64,000 bases of DNA from Chloroflexota bacterium (lineage in GTDB: Bacteria; Chloroflexota; Limnocylindria; Limnocylindrales; CSP1-4): assembly GCA_919901745.1 (NCBI GenBank), contig CAKKPP010000010.1:180-64179 (forward strand). Reading direction: 5' to 3'. Each line of letters opens with the position of its first letter. The stretch's first letter is position 1. Made by a program: the position numbers and the translations under genes. The notes under the pieces are model-generated. The model saw nothing but the letters and a program-made list of their open reading frames with translations, ran no database searches and was not told where the DNA came from. This document shows, piece by piece, positions 1 to 9,967 of the stretch.

Positions 1-946
1 TCGGGCGCCCGTCGATCTCCTTGATGTCGGCCGTGAAATCGATCGGACGTGCGCCCGAGATGTGCGACCCGACCGCATACGAGTCGACCGCGGCGCCGGC
101 CTCCTTGAAGGTTCGGATGCGATCCGGTGTCAGGCCCCCCGATACGACGATCCGGACGTGCGAGAAGCCAGCCTGATCGAGCCTGGCGCGCACTTCGCGG
201 CACAGCGCGGGTGTCACGCGGCCGCGCTCCGCGGGCGTGTCCAGGCGGATGCCATAGAGCCGATCACCCAGCGCCCGGGCCACGCGCAGGGCCTCCTCCG
301 CCTCGTCGCGGAACGTGTCGACGAGGACGATCCGCGGTACCTCGGGGCCGAGGTCGCGATCGAATGCAAGGGCCGCCTCGACCGTGTCGCCGAAGATCAG
401 GACCAGCGAATGGGGCATCGTTCCGGTCGGCGACAGCCCGGCCAGCCGGGCACCGGCAGGCGTCGAGGCACCGACGCACCCGCCGACGATGGCCGCGTAG
501 TCAAGGACATCGGTGATGTCCGGATGGACGTGCCGGGCACCGAAGCTGATCACGGGCTCCGGGGCGGCGGCCTCGACGCACTCGCGCGCCGCCGTCGCCC
601 AACCCGTCGACTGCGCGAGCATCCCCAGGAACGCCGTCTCGTACAGCCCGAAGGCACGATACCGAGCGGTGATCCGAAGCACGACCTCCTTGGGTCCGAT
701 CAGGTCGCCATCATCGAGCCCCTCGAGCGTGGTCTCCGAAGGATCGGCCTGGGCAAGGACGTGGCCCAGCAGGTTCTTCGCTTCCTCGATCCCGCACAGC
801 ACGGCGTCCTGCCGCGTGAACACCTCGACCGTGACGATGGGATCCATTCCCTCGCGCTCGAGGATGCTCTCGGCGCGCGCGAAGTAGACGTCGGCCGAGT
901 CACCCGAGAGGATCTCGCGCGACGGACGTGTTCGGAGCAGGCCCAT
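1..946 (-). CDS. pncB: Nicotinate phosphoribosyltransferase (3' end runs off the window)
   Basis: Not in the ORF track. Manual translation gives MGLLRTRPSREILSGDSADVYF...YETAFLGMLAQ...SFGARH...GTMPHSL...LVDTF...GIRLDTP...VSGG, which are NAPRTase motifs. Confidence 0.85.
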   Translation of the reverse strand, partial: MGLLRTRPSREILSGDSADVYFARAESILEREGMDPIVTVEVFTRQDAVLCGIEEAKNLLGHVLAQADPSETTLEGLDDGDLIGPKEVVLRITARYRAFGLYETAFLGMLAQSTGWATAARECVEAAAPEPVISFGARHVHPDITDVLDYAAIVGGCVGASTPAGARLAGLSPTGTMPHSLVLIFGDTVEAALAFDRDLGPEVPRIVLVDTFRDEAEEALRVARALGDRLYGIRLDTPAERGRVTPALCREVRARLDQAGFSHVRIVVSGGLTPDRIRTFKEAGAAVDSYAVGSHISGARPIDFTADIKEIDGRP

Positions 947-1051
947 CAACCCTCCAGCGCTCTCCGGGTTCCCGTTTCTCGCGGGTGGCACGGGAGTGTA
1001 CCGCACGCGACAGCGCGGCCCGGGCGTCCGCCCGATCCCACCCTCCGGCGG

Positions 1052-3172
1052 CTACTCCGGCCCTCCGGCACGCCCCAGGTTCTCGACTGACGCAGCGGCA
1101 CGCCTGGAGCGCCCCCGGCTCCAACGCACCACGACGATCAGGACGATCGCGACGGCCAGCCCCAGCAGGAGGAGGCTCATGGCGCGACCGCCGCCCACCT
1201 CGGCGGCCGTTGTCCAGGCCAGCCACGCGTCGCCGGCCCGCTGGCCGGCGGTCTCGAGCTCGCCGACCTCGTACGCTCGTCGGGCCGCGTCCAGGTCACG
1301 TTCGGGTCTGGTGCCGATCAAGCCGAGCTGCTCGACGATCCCAGGCTCGGCGATCCGGACCGCAACGACTCGATCGAGCGCGGCCAGGACGCCGAGCTGG
1401 GCCGTTGCTTCCGCGTTGGCTGCCGCAAACCCGTCACCGGCCTCGAACAGCGGCCGCAGCGTGGACGGCTGGTTCAGCCCATGGCGGGCGGCCTGCCGGG
1501 CGATCTCGGAGCGCAGGTTGAGGACCTCCGCCGCGTCATCGAACAGGCGATCGGCTGTGTCGAACTGCCACGCACGGAGCGCGGTTCGGATCGAGCTCGG
1601 AAGCCGCCAATCGTCGGCTGCGGCCACGAGTGCGTTGTAGCGCCCCTGGGCGTTCGCCCGCTGCTCGAGCAGGGGCAGGTCGCTGTCGCGCACCACCCAT
1701 GTCGTCCAGAGGTCGGTGAACGACTGTCCCGTCGATTCTTCGAGCAGGTCGAGGAGGCCGCGCCAATCGGGCGGACTGTCCACGGTCTCGTTGCCCTCGG
1801 CCGTGCCGGCCTGCGCGTCGCCGCCGATCGGTTGGTAGGCCCCCACCTTCGCCTGGGCTTTCGCCCACACCTCGCGGAGCGGTCCATCCCCGGCGCGTTC
1901 GGCGATCTCGCGGGCAAGCGCCAGTGATGCGGCGTACGCGTAGGTCTCGACGTCGTCGTCCGCTTCACCAATGGGGGCCCAGTCGTTGAGCGGGATCCGG
2001 CTGGCGTCGAGCGCCTCCGTGAGCTCCGGATCGGCCACGTCGATCCCGAGTTCGGCCGCCGCGTCCTGCCCGTACAACGACGCGAACGCCTCGTTCGACC
2101 AGCGATCGGCCAGCAACCCTCCGTTGAACCAGCGGTGCGCGGCCTCGTGGAGAACAACGCCCGGACCGGCGTAGTACGCGACATCGATGCGACCCTCGGC
2201 CGGGTCGAAGATCCCGGCATACCCACCGGTGTTCCGGGCCAGCGCCTCGCGAACGAAGAGGGCGTCCGGCGCGGGCCATGGCAGGCCGATCGAGCGGCCG
2301 AGCACGGGCAGCCCCCGCGCGAACAGGTCGCCCACGCGGACCGCCCACTCCGGGTCGTCCTGCCACGCCTGGATCACGATCGTTGCCGCGGTGTCGGCAA
2401 TGGGCACCGACAGGGTGGTGTCGACGTACGTCCCCGGGCGGTCGCCCACGAGGTAGGCATAGAAGGCCAGGGGTTCCTGGAGCGCTCCCGAGTCGTAGAC
2501 CGCGAGGCCGTCCGGTCCCACTTCCGGGCCGGGCAGGTTCCCGGCCAGGAACTCCACGTGATAGGCGACTGGCAGCGCCACCTGTACGCGACTGCCGGGC
2601 GTGGAATCGGTACCGAACGCCCAGATCGGGAAGCTGACGACCGTGGTTCCGACGCGGAGATCGCGGTTTCCGGCCCCGCCCGGGTCGATGAGATCGAACC
2701 CCAGCGCAAACGTTGTCGACTTGCCCGACGCCAGTCGCGCGCCAAAGTCGATGCGGAGGAGCGTGTGGTCGGCCTTCCGCGAGGAAACGACGACCTTTGG
2801 GGTGCCTTGCTCGCCCGAGATCCTGAACCCGCTCGATCCGGGCAGCACCGCCAGGAACGCTCGGTCGTAGTAGTAGCTCCGGGTGGCCGTGTCGGTCAGG
2901 TGGTTCGTGGCCGTGATCGAGATGCTGACATGGACCCGCTTCGCGTCCGGCAGGACCTCGTAGCGCGCGTCGGTGACGAGGGTGAGATCCGGCCCGCCCT
3001 GGTGCTCGGCTCGAACCACGGGCGGGGCACCCAGCGTCACGAGGCTGCCCAGCGCCAGAAACACGCCCAGGACGCCCGGCCCAAGCCGGCTGAGAACCGG
3101 CCGTGGCCGTGTGAGAACGGGCCGACCCGGCCTGGCCGGCCGACGGGCCTCGCGGGCGCGTGCGCCGATCAC
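1052..3172 (-). CDS. Secreted/membrane-anchored gluzincin (M1-like) zinc metallopeptidase-domain protein
   Basis: N-terminal hydrophobic signal, HEAAHRWF...WSNEAFA (HEXXH-x~14-E), and a C-terminal TM helix with a basic tail. Confidence 0.7.
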   Translation of the reverse strand: MIGARAREARRPARPGRPVLTRPRPVLSRLGPGVLGVFLALGSLVTLGAPPVVRAEHQGGPDLTLVTDARYEVLPDAKRVHVSISITATNHLTDTATRSYYYDRAFLAVLPGSSGFRISGEQGTPKVVVSSRKADHTLLRIDFGARLASGKSTTFALGFDLIDPGGAGNRDLRVGTTVVSFPIWAFGTDSTPGSRVQVALPVAYHVEFLAGNLPGPEVGPDGLAVYDSGALQEPLAFYAYLVGDRPGTYVDTTLSVPIADTAATIVIQAWQDDPEWAVRVGDLFARGLPVLGRSIGLPWPAPDALFVREALARNTGGYAGIFDPAEGRIDVAYYAGPGVVLHEAAHRWFNGGLLADRWSNEAFASLYGQDAAAELGIDVADPELTEALDASRIPLNDWAPIGEADDDVETYAYAASLALAREIAERAGDGPLREVWAKAQAKVGAYQPIGGDAQAGTAEGNETVDSPPDWRGLLDLLEESTGQSFTDLWTTWVVRDSDLPLLEQRANAQGRYNALVAAADDWRLPSSIRTALRAWQFDTADRLFDDAAEVLNLRSEIARQAARHGLNQPSTLRPLFEAGDGFAAANAEATAQLGVLAALDRVVAVRIAEPGIVEQLGLIGTRPERDLDAARRAYEVGELETAGQRAGDAWLAWTTAAEVGGGRAMSLLLLGLAVAIVLIVVVRWSRGRSRRAAASVENLGRAGGPE

Positions 3173-3696
3173 GAGGCGAACAACTCCCCGAGATCGGGCG
3201 CGTAACGATCGATCAGGCCCGCGTTACGTCGCGGACGCGTGGTGAGGTCGTCGGGGATCCTTCCGCCCTTCCAGAGCCACTCGGCAGACTCCTCGAGGAG
3301 GCGATCCGCCACGCCGACCAGCCGGACGAGGGCGATGCCGAGCGCGTCTCGATCCAGCCCGGCTGGACCGAGCTCCGCGGCGAGGATTGGCCGGCCGTCC
3401 TCGGCGAGCGAGAACTTCACGAACGGGAATTCGTCGTTCCAGCGCAACAGCTTGCGGTACGCACGGCGGAGCATGTCACCGAGCGGCGGCGCGAAGTGGA
3501 CCCAGCAGATGAGGCCCAGCGCCGGATCCAGGATGACCGTCACCGGCAGGTCGCAACGGCGGCGACCATCGAGAACCAGGTCCCAGGCGGACAATGCGTC
3601 ACGGTCGATCCGTGGACCGGCTTCCAGCTGCAGCTCGCCGAGCCAGCGTTCGACGTCCGCAGGGCGCGCCACGGACGGCCGGAGATCTGATGGCAT
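3169..3696 (-). CDS. YbjN-domain (type III chaperone-like/sensory transduction regulator) protein
   Basis: LLRWNDEFPFVKFSLAEDGRPIL pattern; overlaps the downstream gene by 4 nt. Confidence 0.6.
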   Translation of the reverse strand: MPSDLRPSVARPADVERWLGELQLEAGPRIDRDALSAWDLVLDGRRRCDLPVTVILDPALGLICWVHFAPPLGDMLRRAYRKLLRWNDEFPFVKFSLAEDGRPILAAELGPAGLDRDALGIALVRLVGVADRLLEESAEWLWKGGRIPDDLTTRPRRNAGLIDRYAPDLGELFAS

Positions 3697-3762
3697 GCGC
3701 GGCAGTCTACCCGCGATCCGGATCCGGCCTCCCCGACGACGGTCGGCGCCGCCGATCGCCGG

Positions 3763-5073
3763 TCAGTCGCTCCCACCGGACGCGGCCGGGGGCAACGCGC
3801 GTCGAGTCCGGGAGGCGGATTCGGGTTTTCGATCGACCGACGCGCCGGCCCTGACGATCCGCGTCGCGAAGTCCGTGGACCGGACCCCCTCGCCGATGCG
3901 CACGTTGCGTCCGATCCGTGCGCCGCGCGGGATCACCGACCGCTTCCCCACCACCGTTATCCCGGTATTGAGCCGCGTCGGTTCCTGGCGGTTCGGCGTG
4001 TCGTCCGGGCCATGGCCGACGATCGCGCCCTGGCCCACGACCACCTCCTTGTCGAGGATCGCCCGATCGATCACGGCGCCGGCGCGGATGACGCAGTCGA
4101 ACATGACGATCGAGTCGCGGATCACCGCACCGACGTCCACGCGCACCCCAGGCGAAAGAACGGAGTTGACGACGGTCCCGGCGATGACACAGCCATGACT
4201 GATCAGGCTGTTGTGGACCTGGGCGATGGTGCCGATCCGGGCCGGAGCGCGCTCCTCGGACCTCGTGTGGATCAGCCAGCCCTTGTCGTACAGGTCCAGC
4301 TCGGGCGGGTCGGCAAGCAGGGCGAGATTCGTCTCCCAATAGGCCTGGATGGTGCCCACATCCTGCCAGTAGCCGTCATGGCGGTAGCCGAAGACGCGAG
4401 CCCCGTCCTCGAGCATCGCCGGGATGACGTGCCGCCCGAAGTCGACGAGTTCCTCGCGCAGCCAGCGCCGGAGGGCCCGCTTCGAGAAGACGTACACGCC
4501 CATCGACGCAAGGTCGCTCTTCGGCTGCTTCGGCTTCTCCTGCCAGTCGACCACCCGGTTGGATTCGTCGAGGGCGAGGATACCCATGCGCGTGGCGTCC
4601 GCGATCGGGACCCGGCGGACAGCGATCGTCACGTCCGCGCGGCGGCGCTTGTGCGCGGCCACGAACGGCGCGTAGTCCATCTTGTAGATATGGTCGCCGG
4701 CCAGCACCAGGATCGTGTCGGCGTCGCTGTGCTCGATCTCGTTGAAGTTCTGGAGGACGGCATCCGCGGTACCGCCGTACCACTCGGCGACCCTGCCGCG
4801 CTTGAGGTAGGGCTGGAGGAGCTTGATCCCGCCGTTGGTGCGATCGAGGTCCCACGGGCGGCCGAGGCCGATGTGGTCGTTGAGCGAGCGCGGGTTGTAC
4901 TGCGTCAGGACGAGGACGTTGTCGATGTCCGAGTTGACGCAGTTCGACAACGTGAAGTCGATGATCCGGTACTTGCCCCCGAACGGGACGGCCGGCTTCG
5001 CCCGCAGGGCCGACAGGATCGAGAGGCGTTCACCCTCGCCACCGGCAAGGATGATGGCCATCGTCCGTTTCAC
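3763..5073 (-). CDS. glgC: Glucose-1-phosphate adenylyltransferase
   Basis: ILAGGEGERL...RAKPAVPFGGKYRIIDF, GDHIYKMDY, YWQDVGT and C-terminal hexapeptide repeats. Confidence 0.95.
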   Translation of the reverse strand: MKRTMAIILAGGEGERLSILSALRAKPAVPFGGKYRIIDFTLSNCVNSDIDNVLVLTQYNPRSLNDHIGLGRPWDLDRTNGGIKLLQPYLKRGRVAEWYGGTADAVLQNFNEIEHSDADTILVLAGDHIYKMDYAPFVAAHKRRRADVTIAVRRVPIADATRMGILALDESNRVVDWQEKPKQPKSDLASMGVYVFSKRALRRWLREELVDFGRHVIPAMLEDGARVFGYRHDGYWQDVGTIQAYWETNLALLADPPELDLYDKGWLIHTRSEERAPARIGTIAQVHNSLISHGCVIAGTVVNSVLSPGVRVDVGAVIRDSIVMFDCVIRAGAVIDRAILDKEVVVGQGAIVGHGPDDTPNRQEPTRLNTGITVVGKRSVIPRGARIGRNVRIGEGVRSTDFATRIVRAGASVDRKPESASRTRRALPPAASGGSD

Positions 5074-5162
5074 GGGCAGGTCCCCTCCGGCTGGATGGAT
5101 GGGTCGACGTCCGACTCGATGCTAGCAGACGCACCGCCGCCGACGGCCTGCAGGATCTCGGC

Positions 5163-6539
5163 CTACAGGAAGAGCCGGGGGTTCACGAACCTGTCGTCGA
5201 GCTCGACCATCCAGTGGAGGTGCGGCCCGGTCGTTCGGCCGGTGAGCCCCTCGTAGGCGATCACCTGGCCCTGCCTGACGGTCTGACCGGCCTTGACCTG
5301 GATCGGGTGCGCCTTGTTGTCGACGTGGGCGTACCAGGTGAGCAGCTTGGTCGAGTGGGCGATGACCACGATCCAGGCCTTGGGCGAGGGGTCGTACGGG
5401 TTGGGCCCCGCAAACACGACCGTCCCGGCACCGGCTGCCTTGATCGGGGTGTAGAGCGGGGCGGCGATGTCGATCCCCTTGTGGAAGTGCCGGCAGCTGC
5501 CCGACGGGGGCTCCCAGGCGAAGCCGGTGCAACCGAATTCCTGGGTGATCGTCCCCGACATCGGCCATTTCAACGTCCCGTTGTAGACCGACGGGATCTT
5601 GCCCTGCTGCGACTGCCGGGCGACGAGTTGCTTGATCTGCCTGGCGAGGGCGGCCTGGGCGGCGGCCGCCTTGGCGATCGCGGCCTCGAGCGCGACCTTG
5701 TCGACCGCCATCTTGCGATACTGGGTCTGCTGCGCGGCGAGGGCGTTGGCGGTCCGCTCCTCCAGGTTCTCGAGCTTGCGGCGAGTCGCCTCGAGCTGCC
5801 GGTGCTGCTCATCGAGCAACGCCTTCTTCTCGGCGGTCGTCGAACGAAGGTCCTCGGCCTGACGTCGGGTGGAAACGACACTCTGGTGAATGGCCGCCAG
5901 CGTCTCCTGGTCTCGGACGATCTGTTGCGCCAGGGCGCGGTCCTGCTCGCCGATGTCGAGGTAGTAGCCGACCTCCGAAATCACGTCGGTGAAGTCGGCC
6001 CCCGACAGGACCGTCTCGAGGAGCGTCGTTCGATCCGTGTCGTAGGCGTTGCGGATTCGCTCGGCGAGGAGCGCCTTGCGCGCAGCCAGGTCGTCGCGCT
6101 TCTCGGCCTCGCGCACGGCCAGCCGGGCCAGCTCGGTGTCGAGCACCTGGATCTGCGCGACGAGCGAATCGTAGCTGGCCTGCGTGGCCTCGGCCTCGGC
6201 AACCACGTCGGTGACCTGCTGGCGGACGGCGGCAAGGTCGGCGTTGAGGCCATCGAGCGTGGCCGCGGTCGACGCGATCCGGGAGGTCAGCGCCGACTGC
6301 TGCGCGCTGAGCTGGCTGACCTGGGCCTTCTGGGCCGCGATCGTGCGCTGGAGCGACTTCTGGGCCGCGATCGCATCGGTGAGCTCGTCGCCCGCGACGC
6401 GCGTGGCCGGAGCCGCGCCGAACATCCCGCCCAGCAGCGCCGGCAGGAGGAGCAGGAAGACGACCCGACGCCGGGCCCGCGCCGAGCGGCGGGGTCCCGG
6501 GACCCACGACCACCCTCGGCGGTCGCTGGCTGGCTGCAT
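5163..6539 (-). CDS. Coiled-coil + M23 peptidase (murein hydrolase/EnvC-like); start uncertain
   Basis: Signal peptide, long coiled coil, HKGIDIA, YAH and TGPHLH motifs. Confidence 0.85.
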   Translation of the reverse strand: MQPASDRRGWSWVPGPRRSARARRRVVFLLLLPALLGGMFGAAPATRVAGDELTDAIAAQKSLQRTIAAQKAQVSQLSAQQSALTSRIASTAATLDGLNADLAAVRQQVTDVVAEAEATQASYDSLVAQIQVLDTELARLAVREAEKRDDLAARKALLAERIRNAYDTDRTTLLETVLSGADFTDVISEVGYYLDIGEQDRALAQQIVRDQETLAAIHQSVVSTRRQAEDLRSTTAEKKALLDEQHRQLEATRRKLENLEERTANALAAQQTQYRKMAVDKVALEAAIAKAAAAQAALARQIKQLVARQSQQGKIPSVYNGTLKWPMSGTITQEFGCTGFAWEPPSGSCRHFHKGIDIAAPLYTPIKAAGAGTVVFAGPNPYDPSPKAWIVVIAHSTKLLTWYAHVDNKAHPIQVKAGQTVRQGQVIAYEGLTGRTTGPHLHWMVELDDRFVNPRLFL

Positions 6540-6688
6540 CACGTTGGCGAAATCACTGTGCGAGCAACACTCCGTGTCGCGTCCGAAGACGCGGTTGCGG
6601 CGACGCCCGCCGGTGAGTCGCCGTCCAGACGCGGGCACTGCCTCGGGACGACACCGGCTTGGCCCTCAGGATAGCAGCCCCGTCCACC

Positions 6689-7339
6689 CTAGCCCGGAGC
6701 GAGCATTCCCCACACGGCGGCGACGATCAGGAACGGGCCGAACGGCACGTAGGAGCGGCGGGTGATTCGCCGCGTCGCCAGGAGCAGGCCCAGGACGACC
6801 ACCACGAGGATGGCCCCGCCCATCAGCCCGGTCAGCTCGCGCACGAACCCGAGCAGGAGCCCGACGCTGATCATGAGCTTGACATCGCCGAGGCCCAGGG
6901 CCCCGGGGCCAAACGGAATGGACGGCAGATACATCACCAGGGGAATCACGATGGCCGCCGCGATCGGGCCGATCATGCCCGGCCACCCTCCCACCAGCAG
7001 TGGATTGAGGTCGAGCAGCCCCACGGCGGCCGCATATGCCACGAGCGGCAGCGTGATCACGTCGGGCAGCAGGCGCTGGTCGAGGTCCGTCGCCAGGAGC
7101 AGGATGAGGGGCACGACGTAGACCGCAAGCACGAGCAGGTCACGTGGCTCCGCGCCGTGGCCCTGGGCGAGGAGTCCGAGGGCGAGCCCACCGAAGGCGA
7201 TCACGAGCACGGTTCGCCAGTCGACGGCTCGCACCGAACCGTCCTCGTGCGCCGGCCAACGCGCGGCAATCCGATCCGCCGCGAGCCCCCAGGCCGCGCC
7301 GCCGACCGCGAACAGCCCGATGAGAATCGCCGCGTCCAT
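6689..7339 (-). CDS. A24 prepilin peptidase (no N-terminal Cys-rich domain)
   Basis: TDLDQRLLPD, GLGDVKL and VPFGPFL motifs; multiple TM helices. Confidence 0.85.
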   Translation of the reverse strand: MDAAILIGLFAVGGAAWGLAADRIAARWPAHEDGSVRAVDWRTVLVIAFGGLALGLLAQGHGAEPRDLLVLAVYVVPLILLLATDLDQRLLPDVITLPLVAYAAAVGLLDLNPLLVGGWPGMIGPIAAAIVIPLVMYLPSIPFGPGALGLGDVKLMISVGLLLGFVRELTGLMGGAILVVVVLGLLLATRRITRRSYVPFGPFLIVAAVWGMLAPG

Positions 7340-7367
7340 CGGATCCGCGTGCCGCCGCCGCGAGCGG

Positions 7368-8873
7368 TCAGGCCGCGCCGGCGAGGGCGAGCTCGACCAG
7401 CGTCGCGTGGGTCACGCCCGTCGCACCGCGCGCGGCGTAGGGCGTCGCCTTCCGGATGTAGCCGGTGCCGCCGATGTCGAGATGTGCCCACGGCCGGGTG
7501 GCGAACTCGCGCAGGAACAGCCCGCTCTTGACCAGTGAGCCCTCCGCACCGCTCGAGTTCTGCATGTCCCCGTACCAGCTCTCCATGTCCTTGATGTACT
7601 CATCGACCAGCGGCAGCTGCCAGTAGCGCTCGCCGGCGCGAGCCGCGGCCGCGGCAACGTCCGAGAAGAACGTCGCGGGCTGGGCGAAGGCACCGGTCAC
7701 GAGATGACCGAGGGCACGGGAGACCGCACCGGTCAGCGTGGCCACATCGACCAGATGCGTCGCCCCGAGCCGCTCCGCGTAGGTCATCGCGTCGCCCAGG
7801 ATCAGCCGACCCTCGGCATCGGTGTTGGTGATGTCGACCCATTTGCCGTTGAGGGCCCGGACGACGTCTCCCGGCCGCGTCGAATGGGGCCCGGGCATGT
7901 TCTCGACCGCCGGCGCGACGGCCAGGAGCGGCGTGCCCGGTGCGAGCCGCGCCACCGTCGCGATCGCGGCGATGACCGTACATGCCCCGGACTTGTCCAT
8001 CTTCATCTCTTCCATCCGGTCGGATGGCTTGATCGAGATGCCACCCGAGTCGAAGGTGACGCCCTTGCCGATGATCGCCAGGTGGCGGTCGAGGGAATCG
8101 CGCTGACCTTCGGAACCCGAGCGCATGACGATCATCCGGGGCGGGTTGTCACTCCCCCGCCCGACCGCCATGAACATGCCCATTCCAAGCTCGGTTGCGC
8201 GGTCCGGCCCCATCACGTCGATCCAGAGCCCGTGGCGTTCCGCGATCGTCCAGGCCTCCTCGGCAAGCACCTCGGGGCTGACATCGTTGGCCGACCGGTT
8301 CGACAGCGTCCGTGCGAGGTTGGCCCCTTCGCCCATGATCACGCCGCGCTCCGCCGCCCGGGTGAGAGCGACGGCGTCGCCGCTCCCGGAGATGAGGATC
8401 AGCTCGTCAAGCCTGGGCGGCGAGGTGGTCACGTTGTCGCGGTAGATCGTCGAGGGGTCGAACGCGCCCTCGACGACGCCTCGGGCGACGAGGCCGGCCA
8501 CCGCGTCGGCCCCCCCGTCGAGCACGGCAGCGAGCGGATCGAGCCAGATCGCGAGGCTGCGCACCGTACGACCCCCGAGCCGCCGCTCGGCGGCTGCACC
8601 GATCCGGACGGCCGTTTCCCGATCGAGCTCCGCCGCATTGCCGGCGCCGATCGCAAGCAGACGACGGGCCGCGTTGTCGCCGGGCTTCACGAGTGTCCCG
8701 CAATAGCGCTCCGAATTGATCTCGCCGAACGCGGCCAGGGCCGCCAGCTCACCGCTTGACCGCCGGTCGAGCTCGCCGAGCGGGCCATCGAGTGCGAGGT
8801 CCCCGAGGATGGGGATGGCCAGGACATCGGCCGGGACATTCCACGGTTGGTCAATGACGACGCGAACGAGCAC
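7368..8873 (-). CDS. pepA: Leucyl aminopeptidase (M17)
   Basis: GKGVTFDSGG, MKMDKSGA, NTDAEGRLILGD and HLDIGG; GTG start after a GGAGG RBS. Confidence 0.93.
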   Translation of the reverse strand: MLVRVVIDQPWNVPADVLAIPILGDLALDGPLGELDRRSSGELAALAAFGEINSERYCGTLVKPGDNAARRLLAIGAGNAAELDRETAVRIGAAAERRLGGRTVRSLAIWLDPLAAVLDGGADAVAGLVARGVVEGAFDPSTIYRDNVTTSPPRLDELILISGSGDAVALTRAAERGVIMGEGANLARTLSNRSANDVSPEVLAEEAWTIAERHGLWIDVMGPDRATELGMGMFMAVGRGSDNPPRMIVMRSGSEGQRDSLDRHLAIIGKGVTFDSGGISIKPSDRMEEMKMDKSGACTVIAAIATVARLAPGTPLLAVAPAVENMPGPHSTRPGDVVRALNGKWVDITNTDAEGRLILGDAMTYAERLGATHLVDVATLTGAVSRALGHLVTGAFAQPATFFSDVAAAAARAGERYWQLPLVDEYIKDMESWYGDMQNSSGAEGSLVKSGLFLREFATRPWAHLDIGGTGYIRKATPYAARGATGVTHATLVELALAGAA

Positions 8874-8991
8874 TGGGCAGGGTCCTCCGGGAGCAGGGTC
8901 GCCGATCGGCAACGACAGGGCGTCGACCCGGCGACGGGCAGTGTACCCAACCCGGCCCGCGGCGGGCGGGACACTGGTCCCGGGACACGGG

Positions 8992-9945
8992 TCAGGGCGG
9001 CGGGGTGGCGGTGGCGTCCTCGAGGGCGAGCGCGAGGCGGCCACGCGCCTGCTCGATGGCAATGACCGCCTGGTTGAGGCCGCCGCGCGCGATCTCGGCC
9101 ATGATCACGACCAGGCCCCGGGTGTCCGGCGGCAGGTTCGATCGTGCTGCTTTCTCGGCAGCGATTGCCGTCCGGATCTCCGGCGTGACCCGCCCACTGG
9201 ACGCCCCCAGCAGCTCGTAGAGATGGCGGAGGGCCTCGTCGTACGTGCGATTTCGCTTGATCCACTCGTCGAGGATCGCCACGTCGGTTGTGTTGGCGAG
9301 CTGATCGCGGAGCGCCGTGGCATCGTCGAGCATGACAAGGGCTCCGTCGATCGCGACGAGCGCTTCGGGATACCTGGCGGACCGGCCGAACTCCGCGCCG
9401 GCCGCGGTCGCCGGATCGTGGCCCTCGAGGAGCGCGGTCAGCCGCGCCGCAGCGAGGCTCCCGGCGGCCAGACGGGCCCACGCGCTGCTGAGATCGTCGG
9501 TCGCGTCGAGCGCGCCAACGAGGACGGCGTGCTGGGCCAGCGCCGCAGCCGAGATCCGGAGCTCCTGGTGGGGGCCCAGCCCCGGCAGGCCGCGGAGTCG
9601 GGTGCGCAGGGCGGACGATTCGGCCGCGATGCCGAGGGCAAGGACGGACCCCTGGTCCGTCGCAGCGGCGAGCGTCGCCTCATCGCGAGAGACCATCGCC
9701 GTGAGAGCGGTCCTTCCCAGCTCGCCCAGCGTCGCAACGGCGTCGGCAATCCCGGCGAGGTCGACGGCGGCCGCGTCGAGACTCGGTCGAACGGCGCTGT
9801 CGCCGGCCCAGGTCAACTCGGCTCTGGCAGGCGTCCCGGGCAGATGGGCCATCCCGGCCACGATCCCGGCCGATCCGAAGGCCAGGGCCGCCACGGCCAG
9901 GACCCACACGACGCCGAGCACGATGCGGCGCCCGACAGTCCTCAC
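8992..9945 (-). CDS. Hypothetical N-terminally anchored, helical Ala-rich protein
   Basis: N-terminal TM, host-like codon usage; TACGAT-6nt-GTG start. Confidence 0.65.
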   Translation of the reverse strand: MRTVGRRIVLGVVWVLAVAALAFGSAGIVAGMAHLPGTPARAELTWAGDSAVRPSLDAAAVDLAGIADAVATLGELGRTALTAMVSRDEATLAAATDQGSVLALGIAAESSALRTRLRGLPGLGPHQELRISAAALAQHAVLVGALDATDDLSSAWARLAAGSLAAARLTALLEGHDPATAAGAEFGRSARYPEALVAIDGALVMLDDATALRDQLANTTDVAILDEWIKRNRTYDEALRHLYELLGASSGRVTPEIRTAIAAEKAARSNLPPDTRGLVVIMAEIARGGLNQAVIAIEQARGRLALALEDATATPPP

Positions 9946-9967
9946 CGCCGCATCGTAGCATCGAGCC

